Below are positions 26,934-37,412 of a stretch of 64,000 nucleotides of DNA, in pieces; position 1 is the stretch's first letter; each line of letters opens with the position of its first letter. Both the position numbers and the translations under genes were made by a program. Source of the stretch: Vulcanimicrobiota bacterium (GTDB lineage: Bacteria > Vulcanimicrobiota > Xenobia > Xenobiales > JADMJV01); assembly GCA_050250895.1 (NCBI GenBank), contig JBFWNU010000001.1, positions 224,001-288,000 of the forward strand, read 5' to 3'. The notes beneath the pieces were generated by a model, which was not told where the DNA came from, made no database searches, and saw only the letters and a list, made by a program, of their open reading frames with translations.

Positions 26934-28141
26934 CGCGAAAACCGCCTTTCCAGCCCGTCGAGTCCCCGAGCCAGACGGAGCCAGGCCGCCACGGCCGCCT
27001 CGAGCGCCTCGTCGACATAGAACCGGGCCAGGGCCAGAGCGTAGAGTCGGGATTGCAGCGTCGGCGGGAAAATCCGCTCGAGATGGGCGCCCATGCGAGG
27101 CAACTCGCCCAGGGCTTGTTCGAGTTCGTGATAGTCGTGAAGCAAACTGGGCGAGCGCAGAATCTCGAGAGTGCGCACCAACCCGTGGCCCAGCATATGC
27201 AGCAGGGCCAGATGCTCGAAGCCCAGCCCGAGCTCGACGAAGATCAAGCCCGACTGGGTCATGGAGGCATAGGCCAGAGCGTTCTTCACGTCGGGCTGGA
27301 CCCTTCCCACGACGGTGGCATAGACAGCGGTGACGCTGCCCGTCAAGACCAGAGCCAGGCTGGTCGGCCACGAGGAAGCTATCAGCGGGGCTACGCGCAG
27401 CAGCAGCAGGGGTCCGAGATGAATCGAGATGGCTCCGTAAAAGATAGCGCTCGACGGGGTCGGCCCTTCCATGGCGCGGGGCAACCAGCCCCCCACGGGA
27501 AACTGGGCCGACTTGCCCATCGCCGCCAGCACCAGCAACAGTCCAATCAGGTGACGATCGAAGGCTTGCCCGGGCAGGGCGAGTCCCATCAGGCGGGTGG
27601 TGCCGGTGGTGTGATGCAGCCACAACAGCCCGGCCAACAGGCCCAGATCACAAACGCGATAGGTGACGAAGGCGCGCAGACCGTGACGGGCGGGACCGGG
27701 ACGGTGAGCAAAGAAGCCAATCAAGAGGGCCGACGTCAGGCCGACCAGTTCCCAGCCGACCACGAACAGGTCCAGATTGGCCGCCAGGGCCACCGTGATG
27801 ACTCCCGCGCCAAACAGGCTCAGCAGCAGGTAAAAGCGCAAAAAACCCGGTTCACGGTGAAGATAGCGGGCCGAAAACAAACCCACCAGACCCACCATGC
27901 AGGCGGTGAAGGTGGCAAAGGCCAGACCCACCGCATCAAACTGCAGAGCCAGCTCGAAATTGGCGTACCACAGGCCAAGCTCGAGGACGGCCGGACCGCC
28001 CATCAGGCAGGCCAGACTGGCGGCCGTGAAGGCGAGCGCCACGAGCAGACTGATCCTGCCTTCGCCAGGCTTGCCCCCGAACCACCAACAGGCCATCAGG
28101 ACCAGAAAGGCCAACACCGGACCGAGAACGACCAGGCTCAT
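26921..28141 (-). CDS. dabB: DabB-like (NuoL family) membrane subunit of an inorganic carbon pump
   Basis: GWELVGLTSALLIGFF, KSAQFPVGGWLPRAMEGPTPSSA, DVKNALAYASMTQ; directly after dabA. Confidence 0.85.
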   Translation of the reverse strand: MSLVVLGPVLAFLVLMACWWFGGKPGEGRISLLVALAFTAASLACLMGGPAVLELGLWYANFELALQFDAVGLAFATFTACMVGLVGLFSARYLHREPGFLRFYLLLSLFGAGVITVALAANLDLFVVGWELVGLTSALLIGFFAHRPGPARHGLRAFVTYRVCDLGLLAGLLWLHHTTGTTRLMGLALPGQAFDRHLIGLLLVLAAMGKSAQFPVGGWLPRAMEGPTPSSAIFYGAISIHLGPLLLLRVAPLIASSWPTSLALVLTGSVTAVYATVVGRVQPDVKNALAYASMTQSGLIFVELGLGFEHLALLHMLGHGLVRTLEILRSPSLLHDYHELEQALGELPRMGAHLERIFPPTLQSRLYALALARFYVDEALEAAVAAWLRLARGLDGLERRFSRWLG

Positions 28142-30780
28142 CGTGACAGGCTGGCCGGAGCCAGCGGACCTCGCTGGCCGCGAAAGTAGGCTACCGAGTC
28201 CGTGGCCTGGCTCACCCTCGGCCGGGGCTCGTAGCCGCGGACGCCGACCGCGGTGTGTTTGACCATCTGGCCGCTGTCCGGATTCCAACTGGTCAGCCAG
28301 AGCCAGCCGTTGTCGACCAGTCGGGCCAGAGCGGGCAGCCGCTCGAGCAGACGTTCCAACAGGTCGGCCGGGGCCTCGATCACCAACAGCAGGCGGACCG
28401 GCTCATGGATCTCGACCATCTGCCAGGGCAGACCGGTGCGCAAATCCGACGAGTGCCCATCCATCACCCCCAGTAATCCTACGATGTTATGGGGAAGCTT
28501 GGTTCCGCACCCAAACCCGTTGGGGTCGACGTAGCTGAAGTAGTATTCGAGGTTGATACCGGCCCCCACCGGAGCTACCGACTGCAATAGCTTCTCTAAC
28601 TCGACCCCATCGGGGTCCTGATGATAGTCGTAGGAGACCAGGAAGGCTCGCCGGTCAAGAAACAATCCGCGAGTACTCTGTCGTCGCCCGATAATGCACA
28701 TCGAGTTGGTGGCATGACCATACTCGGGCCGGGGCTGGGCCAGGTCCACGGCCCGGGCCTGGACGTGGGCCAGGCAGCGGCCGGGGCTCCAGCCCACATC
28801 GGCCGCGTCGAAGCGTCGGCAGCGTTCCTGGGCGTCGAGTTGGCACGCCTGGCCGAAGGCCCGCTGCATCCCTTTCACCTTCTCGGCGAACGGTTCGGGA
28901 CACAGGTCCAGATCGTAGTAGGTCAAGGCATCGTCGCAAGTGTTATGATAGGCTCCCACGAACCAGGTCGAGGCCGGGAAGCCCAGCCGTCGACGCACCT
29001 CGGGATGGTTGGCCATCATAGCCAGAGCCCGGGCGTTCGGTCCCCCTCGACCTCCTCCGCAGGCTCCACAGTCGTGGGCGGCTTCGTGCGGGTTATTGAG
29101 ACTGCTCGAGCCGTGCCCGACCACCACGACCAGGGGGGCTAGTTCTCTTAGGCCCACGGCCTTGAACACGCTCTCGACCACCCCGGCCATCTCTTCGGGA
29201 GTATAGCCGGGCCACCAACCGTGCTCGCCAGGCTGCGCCCCGGGCTCGCGTTCGAACAACAGACGAGTGGCGGGACGGCGACCTTGCAAGCTCAGCTTGG
29301 TCTTCTCGAACAGCCGACTGAACATCACCCGCCCAACCAGTGGCAGGGCCGCCCCCACTCCCACCAGAGACGAGAGAAGGCCGCCTCGCAGCAGGCTGTT
29401 GCGACTGGCCCGCCAGACCTGCTTGAAACTGCCCCAGTGGCGGCGCCGGTCGGGCTCCAGGGCCACCTCGCGCACCAGGTGGGTGGGCTCGACACTCACC
29501 GGACACAGCGGCAAAGGGTGGTGGTCCTCCAGACCCTGATAAGCCATCGCCAGGCCGAAAAAGCCGGGGTAGCCGAAGGTCTCGACCGCGCTGTTCTCTT
29601 CCAGATGGCGCCTTAGCGACTCGCAGCGCTCGTCGATGCAGAAGATAGCCTGAAACTCTGGAGCCTTGGCGGGCTTGGGAGTGTGACTGGCCAGGGCATC
29701 GAGGATGGTGCGGCGATAGCGACGCTCATAGGCCAGATGGAGCAGCCGCCGTCGCTCCAGTTCGCCGAAGGCTGCCACCTCATCGAGAAAGCCGCTCAAA
29801 TCCTGCAGTTGGGCCGGCCCGAGGCCGGCAGCTTGAGCCACCAACAGAGCTTCATAGGCCAGTAGCCGATCTGGTCGAGCCTCTTCTACGACCGGCTGGA
29901 GTGTATCCACCTCGAGCAGCAGCATGATGGCCAGAAAGTCCAACAAACGAACGGGCCCCACCGGACCGGGGGCCAGCTCGGGATGAAGCTCGAGACGGAA
30001 GATCATGCCGGCCCAGCCCCGCAAGCTCAACAAACGACCCTCGATGAAGGCCGACCAATCCTCGACTCCCAGCTTTTCGAGGCAGGCCAGCACGGCGTCT
30101 TCCGGGCACCCGTAGTGGCTTCCATAGAGGGCTCGAAAGGCAGCGAACAGGCCTTCTTCTCGGTTGGGCATGGGCCAATAGGCCAGCCCACAATCGAGAT
30201 AGGCAGCACAGAATCGAATCAAGATCGGATGGGCTAACTGATCGTTGGCTGGAGGAACGAGCCTGGCTGGGCGGCTGGGCAAGGCCTGGCACAGACGCTG
30301 CCAAAGGTCTCCCAAAGCCCGCTCCGGGGAACTTCCGGCCAAAAAGGCGACTCCGGCCTCGGGCTCGATCCAGTCGGCCAGACGGCTCAAACCCTGGCCT
30401 TCGGTGAGATGCCATTCAAGGGCACACCCGTCGGGCAAGCGCAAGGGCCACTGTAGACGCGCCAGGCGAAGCCGCCGACGACAGCCAAAGGCCGTCTCTT
30501 CCGGGGGACAGTCGAGCACCGCCTCGAGATCCTCCGGCAGAATGCGGCCCTGGGTGAGAGCCCGATGCATCTCTGCCAGGCCAGGGTAGCCCTGGGTGCC
30601 CAACTTGCGGGTCGCCTCGGCCACCGCCTGGTCGAAAGGCAGGTGCTCGAGATGGTGCAGAGGGTTGTGGTGGACGAAGCGGCGCAAAGGCGCCTGCTCG
30701 GGAAGCAGGTGAGTGGCCTGAGCAAGAGCAGCCTGAATTCTGGCCAGGTTGTCCTGGTCGCAGCGGCGACGTAAGTTCAT
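28138..30780 (-). CDS. dabA: DabA (DUF2309/UPF0753) beta-carbonic-anhydrase-like subunit
   Basis: FVHHNPL, FCIDERCE, GHGS..NNPH..DCGACGG, HNT, QPRPEYGH, INLEYYFS, HEPVRL. Confidence 0.95.
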   Translation of the reverse strand: MNLRRRCDQDNLARIQAALAQATHLLPEQAPLRRFVHHNPLHHLEHLPFDQAVAEATRKLGTQGYPGLAEMHRALTQGRILPEDLEAVLDCPPEETAFGCRRRLRLARLQWPLRLPDGCALEWHLTEGQGLSRLADWIEPEAGVAFLAGSSPERALGDLWQRLCQALPSRPARLVPPANDQLAHPILIRFCAAYLDCGLAYWPMPNREEGLFAAFRALYGSHYGCPEDAVLACLEKLGVEDWSAFIEGRLLSLRGWAGMIFRLELHPELAPGPVGPVRLLDFLAIMLLLEVDTLQPVVEEARPDRLLAYEALLVAQAAGLGPAQLQDLSGFLDEVAAFGELERRRLLHLAYERRYRRTILDALASHTPKPAKAPEFQAIFCIDERCESLRRHLEENSAVETFGYPGFFGLAMAYQGLEDHHPLPLCPVSVEPTHLVREVALEPDRRRHWGSFKQVWRASRNSLLRGGLLSSLVGVGAALPLVGRVMFSRLFEKTKLSLQGRRPATRLLFEREPGAQPGEHGWWPGYTPEEMAGVVESVFKAVGLRELAPLVVVVGHGSSSLNNPHEAAHDCGACGGGRGGPNARALAMMANHPEVRRRLGFPASTWFVGAYHNTCDDALTYYDLDLCPEPFAEKVKGMQRAFGQACQLDAQERCRRFDAADVGWSPGRCLAHVQARAVDLAQPRPEYGHATNSMCIIGRRQSTRGLFLDRRAFLVSYDYHQDPDGVELEKLLQSVAPVGAGINLEYYFSYVDPNGFGCGTKLPHNIVGLLGVMDGHSSDLRTGLPWQMVEIHEPVRLLLVIEAPADLLERLLERLPALARLVDNGWLWLTSWNPDSGQMVKHTAVGVRGYEPRPRVSQATDSVAYFRGQRGPLAPASLSR

Positions 30781-30915
30781 TCGACCCCCCCGCCCTCGCG
30801 AAATGCAAAAACGGGCATCATTTCTCTTCCCAATTCCTGCCGAGCTATTCTGCCCTTCGAGCCGGACCTCCTCCAGGCAACCAGAGCGACTTTCGGACTA
30901 GCGGGCGGCGCGCAC

Positions 30916-32046
30916 TTAATCCGCGCGGCGTTGGAAGCGCAGGACGGCCAGACTGAAGAACAAGGTCATCAGAATCACCATCGGCACGATGAATCGAATC
31001 AACATCCCCAAACCTACGCCTTTCAGGATAATGCCACGCAAGATCTCGAGGAAGTAGGTCAGGGGGATGACCAGGCCCAGATAGCGAGCGGCCACCGGCA
31101 TGCCGGCCCGGGGGAACATGAATCCCGACAGCAAGATGGTGGGCAGGAAGATAAAGAAAGACATCTGCATCGCCTGCTGTTGCGAACGAGCCACGGTAGA
31201 GATCAAGAGACCCAGCCCCAGATAGCAGAAGATATAGAAGAAGGCCATCGAGTAGAGGGCCACCAGGCTGCCGCGGATGGGCACTCCGAAAACCAGCACG
31301 CCCACCAACAAGGCGATGGTGACCTGAACATAGCCCACCACCATATAGGGCACGATCTTGCCGATCATCAACTCGACCGGCCGCAGAGGGGTGGTGATGA
31401 GCTGCTCGAGGGTGCCGGTTTCGCGCTCTTTCACGATGGCCATCGAGGTAATCATCATCATCGTCATGGTCAAGATCACGCCGATCAGGCCGGGCACGAT
31501 GTAGTGCGAGGTGACCAGATCGGGATTGTACCAAGCCCGGATCTCCATCGACACCGGCATATCTGGCAGGCGATAGGCGGTCCCTGCCTCGAGATGACGA
31601 TAGAGGATGGGCAGGCTAAGATAGTTGGCCACCCCCTGAGAGTTAGACAGAGCCGAGGAGGCGATGATCGGGTCGGTGGCGTCGACCACCACCTGCACCT
31701 TAGCGGGCAAGCCGCGGCTGAGATGATTGGCATAGTCGGGGGGGATGACCAGGCCCACTTTGACCGTGCCCCGGTCGATCATGTCGGCCAGGTCCGACTC
31801 GCGTGTGACCGTGGCCACCACGTCGAAGTATTCCGAATTGGTGAAGGCTTGAATGAGTTCGCGACTGTGGCGGTCCAGGCTGCGGTCGAGCACCGCCATG
31901 GGCACGTGCTTGACGTCGGTATTGATGGCAAAGCCGAACACGGCCAATTGGATCAGGGGCAGCATCAGCATCATGGCCAGGGTCAACCGGTCCCGGCGCA
32001 TCTGGATAAACTCTTTGGCGATCAGGGCTCGCAAGCGGCGAAACAT
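30916..32046 (-). CDS. ABC-2 type transporter permease (YbhR/YbhS-like)
   Basis: KEFIQMRRD, IVKERETGTLEQL, LSGFMFP. Confidence 0.93.
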   Translation of the reverse strand: MFRRLRALIAKEFIQMRRDRLTLAMMLMLPLIQLAVFGFAINTDVKHVPMAVLDRSLDRHSRELIQAFTNSEYFDVVATVTRESDLADMIDRGTVKVGLVIPPDYANHLSRGLPAKVQVVVDATDPIIASSALSNSQGVANYLSLPILYRHLEAGTAYRLPDMPVSMEIRAWYNPDLVTSHYIVPGLIGVILTMTMMMITSMAIVKERETGTLEQLITTPLRPVELMIGKIVPYMVVGYVQVTIALLVGVLVFGVPIRGSLVALYSMAFFYIFCYLGLGLLISTVARSQQQAMQMSFFIFLPTILLSGFMFPRAGMPVAARYLGLVIPLTYFLEILRGIILKGVGLGMLIRFIVPMVILMTLFFSLAVLRFQRRAD

Positions 32047-32942
32047 CAGGCGCCTCCCTGGGTCAGCGAGACGAAAACATCTTCGAGATTGGGCGAGGCC
32101 CCACGCGGGTCGGGCAGGCCCTGCTCTTGCAGTCGCGCCTGGAGTTTGGCCCGATCGCCCTGATAAGTGAAACGCACGGTGGGGCCGCTGGGGAAGGGGT
32201 GGCCAACCCCCTCGATGTCGTTGAGTACCTGCAGAGCCCGGTTGCGGTCTTTTACGGTGAGGCTGAGCATCTCGCCGCGCAGGGTCTTGCGCTTGAGCTC
32301 ACCCGGGCTGCCGCGGGCGATCAACTTGCCTGAGTGGATAAAGCAAATGGTGTCGCAGCGCTCGACTTCGTCCATGTAGTGGCTGGTCACCATGATCGTC
32401 TTGCCGGCCCGCGACATCTCGACGATCAGTTCCCAGAAATAGCGCCGCAAGGCCGGGTCGACAGCGCCGGTGGGCTCGTCCAAGAAGATGAGTTCGGGGT
32501 CATGGACCAGGGCCACTCCCAGGGCCAGTCGTTGGCGGGCCCCACCTGGCAGACTGCGGGCGGTCTGGTCGACGTACTCACCCAGGCGCGCGGTCTCGAT
32601 GGTCTGATCGACTCGTTCCGAGCCGAAAAGGCCGGCAAAGAATTCGAGGTTTTCGCGCACGGTCAGATCTTCATAGAGGCTGAACTTCTGGGCCATGTAG
32701 CCGACTCGGGCCCGGATCTCGTCGGCCTGGGTGCGAATATCGCGACCCAGCACCTGGCCCTGGCCCCCGGTGGGGGGAATGATGCCCAGCAGCATGCGAA
32801 TGACGGTGGACTTGCCCGCCCCGTTAGGGCCGAGAAAGCCGAAGATGCTACCACGAGGAATCTGAAAGTCGACCGAGTCGACGGCGGTGAAGTCGCCAAA
32901 CTTCTTGGTCAAGCCTTCGACGTTGACACACAGCTCAGCCAC
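32046..32942 (-). CDS. ABC transporter ATP-binding protein
   Basis: GPNGAGKS, LPGG, FLDEPT, H-loop. Confidence 0.95.
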   Translation of the reverse strand: MAELCVNVEGLTKKFGDFTAVDSVDFQIPRGSIFGFLGPNGAGKSTVIRMLLGIIPPTGGQGQVLGRDIRTQADEIRARVGYMAQKFSLYEDLTVRENLEFFAGLFGSERVDQTIETARLGEYVDQTARSLPGGARQRLALGVALVHDPELIFLDEPTGAVDPALRRYFWELIVEMSRAGKTIMVTSHYMDEVERCDTICFIHSGKLIARGSPGELKRKTLRGEMLSLTVKDRNRALQVLNDIEGVGHPFPSGPTVRFTYQGDRAKLQARLQEQGLPDPRGASPNLEDVFVSLTQGGA

Positions 32943-33810
32943 GGGCAGCCTCCGTCAGGCGTAAGAAGACGTCTTCCACCGAATACTCGGCCGGCTCGAC
33001 CTCCCACACCTCGAGCCCCTCGAGCGACCGGCGCACGGTCTCGAGCGTAGCCTGGTCGGCTTGGGGCACAAAGGCGTGCAGCCGGTCGCCAAACAGTTCG
33101 GCATCCTCCACATGGCCGGCCTTCAAAAGCCGCTGGCGAGCGGCCACCGGATCGCGACAGAACACCTCGACCACCTGGCCGTCCACCGAGGCTTTGATTT
33201 CGTCGGTGCTACCGAGGCGTAGAAAGCGCCCGCGATCGATGAGGGCCACCCGATCGAACTGCTCGGCCTCGTCCATATACGGGGTCGAGGCCACCACCGT
33301 CAGCCCCTCGGATTGCAGTTGAAAAACCAGCGCCCAGAACTCGCGGCGGCTGACCGGGTCGACCCCTACCGTGGGCTCGTCCATCAACAGCAAGCTGGGT
33401 TTGTGAATCAAAGCGCAGACCAGGGCCAGCTTCTGTTTCATGCCGCCGCTAAGCTGGCCGGCCAGCCGATCGCGAAAACGCTGCAGCCCGACGAATTCAA
33501 GCAGTCGGGCCGGCTCGTCGCTGCGCGGGTAAAGAGCCGAAAAAAAATTGACGTTCTCCTGAATGGAGAGATCGGTATAGAGCGAGAATCGCTGCGGGAT
33601 GTAGCCGATCTCTTCGCGGTTGCCGACCACGCTCAGCTCGCCCTCGTAGCTGAGCAGCCCGGCCAGCGTCTTGAGCAACGTGGTCTTGCCGGCTCCGTCA
33701 GGACCGACCAGGCCGAACAGTTCGCCCTCGGAAACTTCCAGGTCGAGGCCATCGAGAGCCACTGTCGAGCCGAAGCTCTTGCGCAGGTCGCGACAGCGAA
33801 CGGCGCTCAT
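32935..33810 (-). CDS. ABC transporter ATP-binding protein
   Basis: GPDGAGKT, LSGGMKQK, MDEPT. Confidence 0.95.
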   Translation of the reverse strand: MSAVRCRDLRKSFGSTVALDGLDLEVSEGELFGLVGPDGAGKTTLLKTLAGLLSYEGELSVVGNREEIGYIPQRFSLYTDLSIQENVNFFSALYPRSDEPARLLEFVGLQRFRDRLAGQLSGGMKQKLALVCALIHKPSLLLMDEPTVGVDPVSRREFWALVFQLQSEGLTVVASTPYMDEAEQFDRVALIDRGRFLRLGSTDEIKASVDGQVVEVFCRDPVAARQRLLKAGHVEDAELFGDRLHAFVPQADQATLETVRRSLEGLEVWEVEPAEYSVEDVFLRLTEAARG

Positions 33811-35096
33811 CGGGCCACCTTGACGTCGGCGGGCATGCCGGGCTTGAGCAGCAACTCGGGGTTGTCCACCTCGACCTCGGCGCGAAAGACTAGCAGCACT
33901 CGCTGAGCCTGGGTCTGAATCTGGCGGGGGGTGTATTCGGCCGCCGACGAGAGGAAACGCACCTTGCCGTCAAAGGTCTTGCCCGGCAACGAGTCGACCG
34001 TTACCTGGCAGGCCGCTCCCAGCTTGACGGTGGCCAGGTCCGGCTCGGGCACGAAGATGGTGACCCAGGGGTGGCCCAGGTCGGCCACTTTCAAGACCGG
34101 CACGCCCGGCCCCACCATCTCGCCTGGCTCGAAGTTGCGCAGCACCACGATGCCGTCGGTGGGAGCCACCAGCCGGGTCTTGGAAAGCTTGACTTCCAGA
34201 GCCTCGACCCTGGCTTTGGCGGCCTCGAGTCTGGCTCGAGTGGCCTCGACGGTCTGGCTGCGAGGGCCTTCCTCGACCAGAGCCAACTGGGCCGACAGGC
34301 CTTCGACCCGGGCTCGGGCCTGATCGACCTGCTCCGAGCGGGTGCCGCGCTGCAGCTCTTCATAGCGGGCCTGGGCGGTCAGATACTGCTGTTTGGCCGT
34401 TCGCTGCTCTTCCACTCGGGTCCCGGTCTCGAGCTTTTGCAACTGCTCGCGCGCTTGCTTGACCCGGGCTTGGCTCTGGTTGAGGCGGTTGACTTTTTCT
34501 TCGAGCAGGCTCTCGGGAGCGGCGCCTTCTTGAAACAGGGCTCGATAGCGAACCTCATCGGCCTGGGCCGTGGATTGGTCCGAGCGAGCCGAAGCCAGGG
34601 CCGCCCTGGCCGCCTGAATGTCTTCTTCACGGGGGCCGTTTTGAGCTAGTAGCCACTGCTGGTGGGCCGCTTCGGCTTGATGCTGAGCCTGAGCCAGTTG
34701 CTCGGCGGTGGCGCCGTTTTGGAGCAGCCTCAATTCGGCCCGGGCCTGCTCCAACGCAGCCTGAGACTGGGCGATCTCTTGAGGACGACTACCGGCTTCG
34801 AGTTCGGCCAGTTGGGCGGCCACCGCTTTCGCTTCGGCTTTGGCTCCCGCGAGTTCGGCTTCGAGATCGCGGGCATCCAGGCTAGCCACCGGCTGGCCCT
34901 TCTTGATGGCGTCCCCCTCATCAAAAGCGATCTGCTCGAGGGTGCCTCCCAGCTGAAACGACAGCTGAGTCTCGGTGGCCTCGACCACGCCGGAATAGAA
35001 ATCCGGCTTGGGGTCGGCCCGATGCGCCCCCCAGTAGAGCAGACACACGACCACCGCCAGCACCACCAGGGGCACGACCTTCTTAAGCATTTCCAT
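33807..35096 (-). CDS. HlyD/YbhG family periplasmic adaptor
   Basis: N-terminal TM, lipoyl halves, long coiled coil, AEYTPRQIQT, LKPGMPADV. Confidence 0.93.
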   Translation of the reverse strand: MEMLKKVVPLVVLAVVVCLLYWGAHRADPKPDFYSGVVEATETQLSFQLGGTLEQIAFDEGDAIKKGQPVASLDARDLEAELAGAKAEAKAVAAQLAELEAGSRPQEIAQSQAALEQARAELRLLQNGATAEQLAQAQHQAEAAHQQWLLAQNGPREEDIQAARAALASARSDQSTAQADEVRYRALFQEGAAPESLLEEKVNRLNQSQARVKQAREQLQKLETGTRVEEQRTAKQQYLTAQARYEELQRGTRSEQVDQARARVEGLSAQLALVEEGPRSQTVEATRARLEAAKARVEALEVKLSKTRLVAPTDGIVVLRNFEPGEMVGPGVPVLKVADLGHPWVTIFVPEPDLATVKLGAACQVTVDSLPGKTFDGKVRFLSSAAEYTPRQIQTQAQRVLLVFRAEVEVDNPELLLKPGMPADVKVAR

Positions 35097-36393
35097 CCTC
35101 CTCGCACAGGCTCTGCAAGGTCTCGGTCAGGCGACCGGTGACCCTCCCCCAGGCCACCCAGGCGGCGGCATAATCGTAGCGGGCCCGGCTGGCATCGACC
35201 CGGGCGGCGGTCAGGCTGGCCTCGGCGTCGAGCAACTCGACCAGAGTACCCAAACCGTGGCGATAGCGCAAGACCGAAATGCGGCGGGCCTCACTGGCCT
35301 GTTCGAGCTTCTCTCGACTGGCCTCGAGTTGGAGCCAGCGCGAACCGAGAGCGAGAAAAGCGTCTTCGGCCTCAAGGCGGGTGAGGCGTTCGGCTTCCCT
35401 TAATCTGGCCTCGAGCTGGTCGAGGCGACTGCCGGCCTGAGCCGCGCGGGCCTCGGTCAGCCCGCCGTCAAACAGCGGAACTTCCAGCTGGACCATCACG
35501 GTCCACTGGTGGTCCGGCGAAAACCCCGTGGCGTTACGGCGTAGATACTCGGTCTGCAGGGATACCCGGGGGTTGTCGCCGCTCTCGGCCAGACCGACCC
35601 GGGCCCGCGCCGCTTCCACCTCGGCTCTCACTCCTGCCAGGGCGGGCCTGTTTAAAGCCAGTTCGATGGCCTGTTCCAGACCAGCGGGCGGAGCCGGCAA
35701 GTTGGCCAGTTCAGCGGGCGCTAGGGGACCGCCCGTGAGTGAGGCGAGTCTCGCTTGAGCCAGACGGTGTCCATTCTCGGCCGCCAACAGGCGCTGGCGG
35801 GCAGCGGCCACTTCGGCCTGACTGCGGATCACGTCAAAGCGAGCCACCGCCCCGGTCTCGAGACGCTGTCTGGCCACTTCGAGCTGCACACCCCGACTGA
35901 CCAGCTCATCGCGGGCGACCGTGACGGCCTGCTCGGCCAGCAGCGTCTGCAAAAATACCAGCGCCGTCTCTTGAGCCAGCCCCAGCCTGCTCTCCTCGAG
36001 TTCGAACTGGCTGGCCTGGCGATGCTGTTCGGCGGCCTGGTTGGCATAGTGCACGCGGCCGAAGTCGGCCAGCGTCTGTTGCAGTCGCAAGGCCACCAGA
36101 TAGTTGTGCTCAGCCGAGATCTCTAGATTGGCGAAAGGGACAGTGACGGTGGGGTCAAGATGGGTATAGGAAGCGTTCATACCCAGTTGGGGACGGCCGG
36201 GAGCCAGTGCTTCGTCGATGGCGAAAGTGGCTTCGTCGACCCTGGCCCGGGCCTCGTCGATGCGTGGGCTCACAGCCAGCGCTCGAGCCACCGCCTCGAC
36301 CAGAGTGTCGGCGCAGACAGGAGCGCTCAAGAGCAGTATGACCAACAACCATCTCACCACCGTCAGACTAGAACAAGCCAGCCCGAAGCGCAT
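35083..36393 (-). CDS. TolC family outer membrane protein
   Basis: Signal peptide, two OEP repeats, VPLFDGG, YRHGLGTLVELLDAE. Start approximate. Confidence 0.9.
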   Translation of the reverse strand: MRFGLACSSLTVVRWLLVILLLSAPVCADTLVEAVARALAVSPRIDEARARVDEATFAIDEALAPGRPQLGMNASYTHLDPTVTVPFANLEISAEHNYLVALRLQQTLADFGRVHYANQAAEQHRQASQFELEESRLGLAQETALVFLQTLLAEQAVTVARDELVSRGVQLEVARQRLETGAVARFDVIRSQAEVAAARQRLLAAENGHRLAQARLASLTGGPLAPAELANLPAPPAGLEQAIELALNRPALAGVRAEVEAARARVGLAESGDNPRVSLQTEYLRRNATGFSPDHQWTVMVQLEVPLFDGGLTEARAAQAGSRLDQLEARLREAERLTRLEAEDAFLALGSRWLQLEASREKLEQASEARRISVLRYRHGLGTLVELLDAEASLTAARVDASRARYDYAAAWVAWGRVTGRLTETLQSLCEEDGNA

Positions 36394-36433
36394 CCCCGAC
36401 GGGTCGTAAACCCGCCTCCCCCGATCGGGGGAT

Positions 36434-37333
36434 TCAGCCCAAAAGGTGTTCGAAGAGGAGGAAAAAGACGCGGGCGTTGGGCAGGCTGTCGTACTGGAAG
36501 CGAATCTGACCGGAGCCAAAGAGGCGCCCCAGCCAACCGCTGTTCTCGAACTTCTCGCTGGTGAGAACGACGTAGCCCTTTTCGACGTCCAGCCCGCGCA
36601 AGTCGGACAGCGACCACTGCTCGGTGCCCGAGCCTTTGGTGAGGGCGAAGTGAGACTGGCCGATGTCGATGCGAATGCCGCCAGTTCGAATATTGAAGCT
36701 GACCGGCCGCCCCTGCTCGAGCTGAGCCAGGCAGCGTTTGAGATAGTGACGTGTCCAGGCGATTTCGGCTCCGTCGGCCAGGTAGAAATCGTGGCTGGTA
36801 TCGTCAGGAGGCCCATCTTTCTTAGAATATGAGCCGTTGAGCGAGAAGACATTGCGATTGGAGGCATCGTACCAGGAGTAGTCATAAGTGGTGCTGGTAT
36901 AGATACCGTTGGTGAAATGGCGCGTGGTGTTGACGCGCAGCTCCTCGGCTCTGGAAAACTCGCAGATCTGGCCTTTGGCGGTGGCCTGGCGGCTGCCCGA
37001 GAGACTGTAGGTTGCATAGCCCTCGGTGCCGATGTAGCTTAGCTTGCCACCAAAGCTCGTTCCGGCGACGCCCACCACGGTGCCCAGCCCGCCCCCGGCG
37101 AAAAAGAGCACGGTCGCCCCGGCGTCGATCCAGTTGCCGAAGACAAACCCAATCCCGGCGCAGGCCGCAGCGACCAGCGTGCTCCAGAAGAAGCGGCGCC
37201 CTGCCTCCATCGGCTCCTGGCTCTTCTTTAAAGAAGAGTAGCCCGACAACGGGTCGCCGATGGCAGGCGGTGGCGGTATGAAAAAGTCGGCCTCCGAGTC
37301 GACCGGCACGCCAGCATGGTTTACGTATGACAT
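36434..37333 (-). CDS. hypothetical membrane protein
   Basis: Two TM helices followed by a beta-rich domain; ATG at 37333 after AGGGGG. Confidence 0.7.
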   Translation of the reverse strand: MSYVNHAGVPVDSEADFFIPPPPAIGDPLSGYSSLKKSQEPMEAGRRFFWSTLVAAACAGIGFVFGNWIDAGATVLFFAGGGLGTVVGVAGTSFGGKLSYIGTEGYATYSLSGSRQATAKGQICEFSRAEELRVNTTRHFTNGIYTSTTYDYSWYDASNRNVFSLNGSYSKKDGPPDDTSHDFYLADGAEIAWTRHYLKRCLAQLEQGRPVSFNIRTGGIRIDIGQSHFALTKGSGTEQWSLSDLRGLDVEKGYVVLTSEKFENSGWLGRLFGSGQIRFQYDSLPNARVFFLLFEHLLG

Positions 37334-37412
37334 ACATCCCCCTGGTGGCTGGATTCGCTCGCCCGGGTTCCAACCCTTCGCAAGCAGGGCGTTCAGGAGG
37401 GAACAGATTCGG

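Noticed and set aside
25839-28141. Respiratory complex I (nuoL/nuoM) fragment
   Set aside because: Coupled to dabA with no other nuo genes, so a DAB-type pump fits better.
36417-36432. Perfect 16-bp palindrome TCCCCCGATCGGGGGA
   Set aside because: Single occurrence with no U-tract; could be an operator or terminator for the efflux operon but is unsupported.
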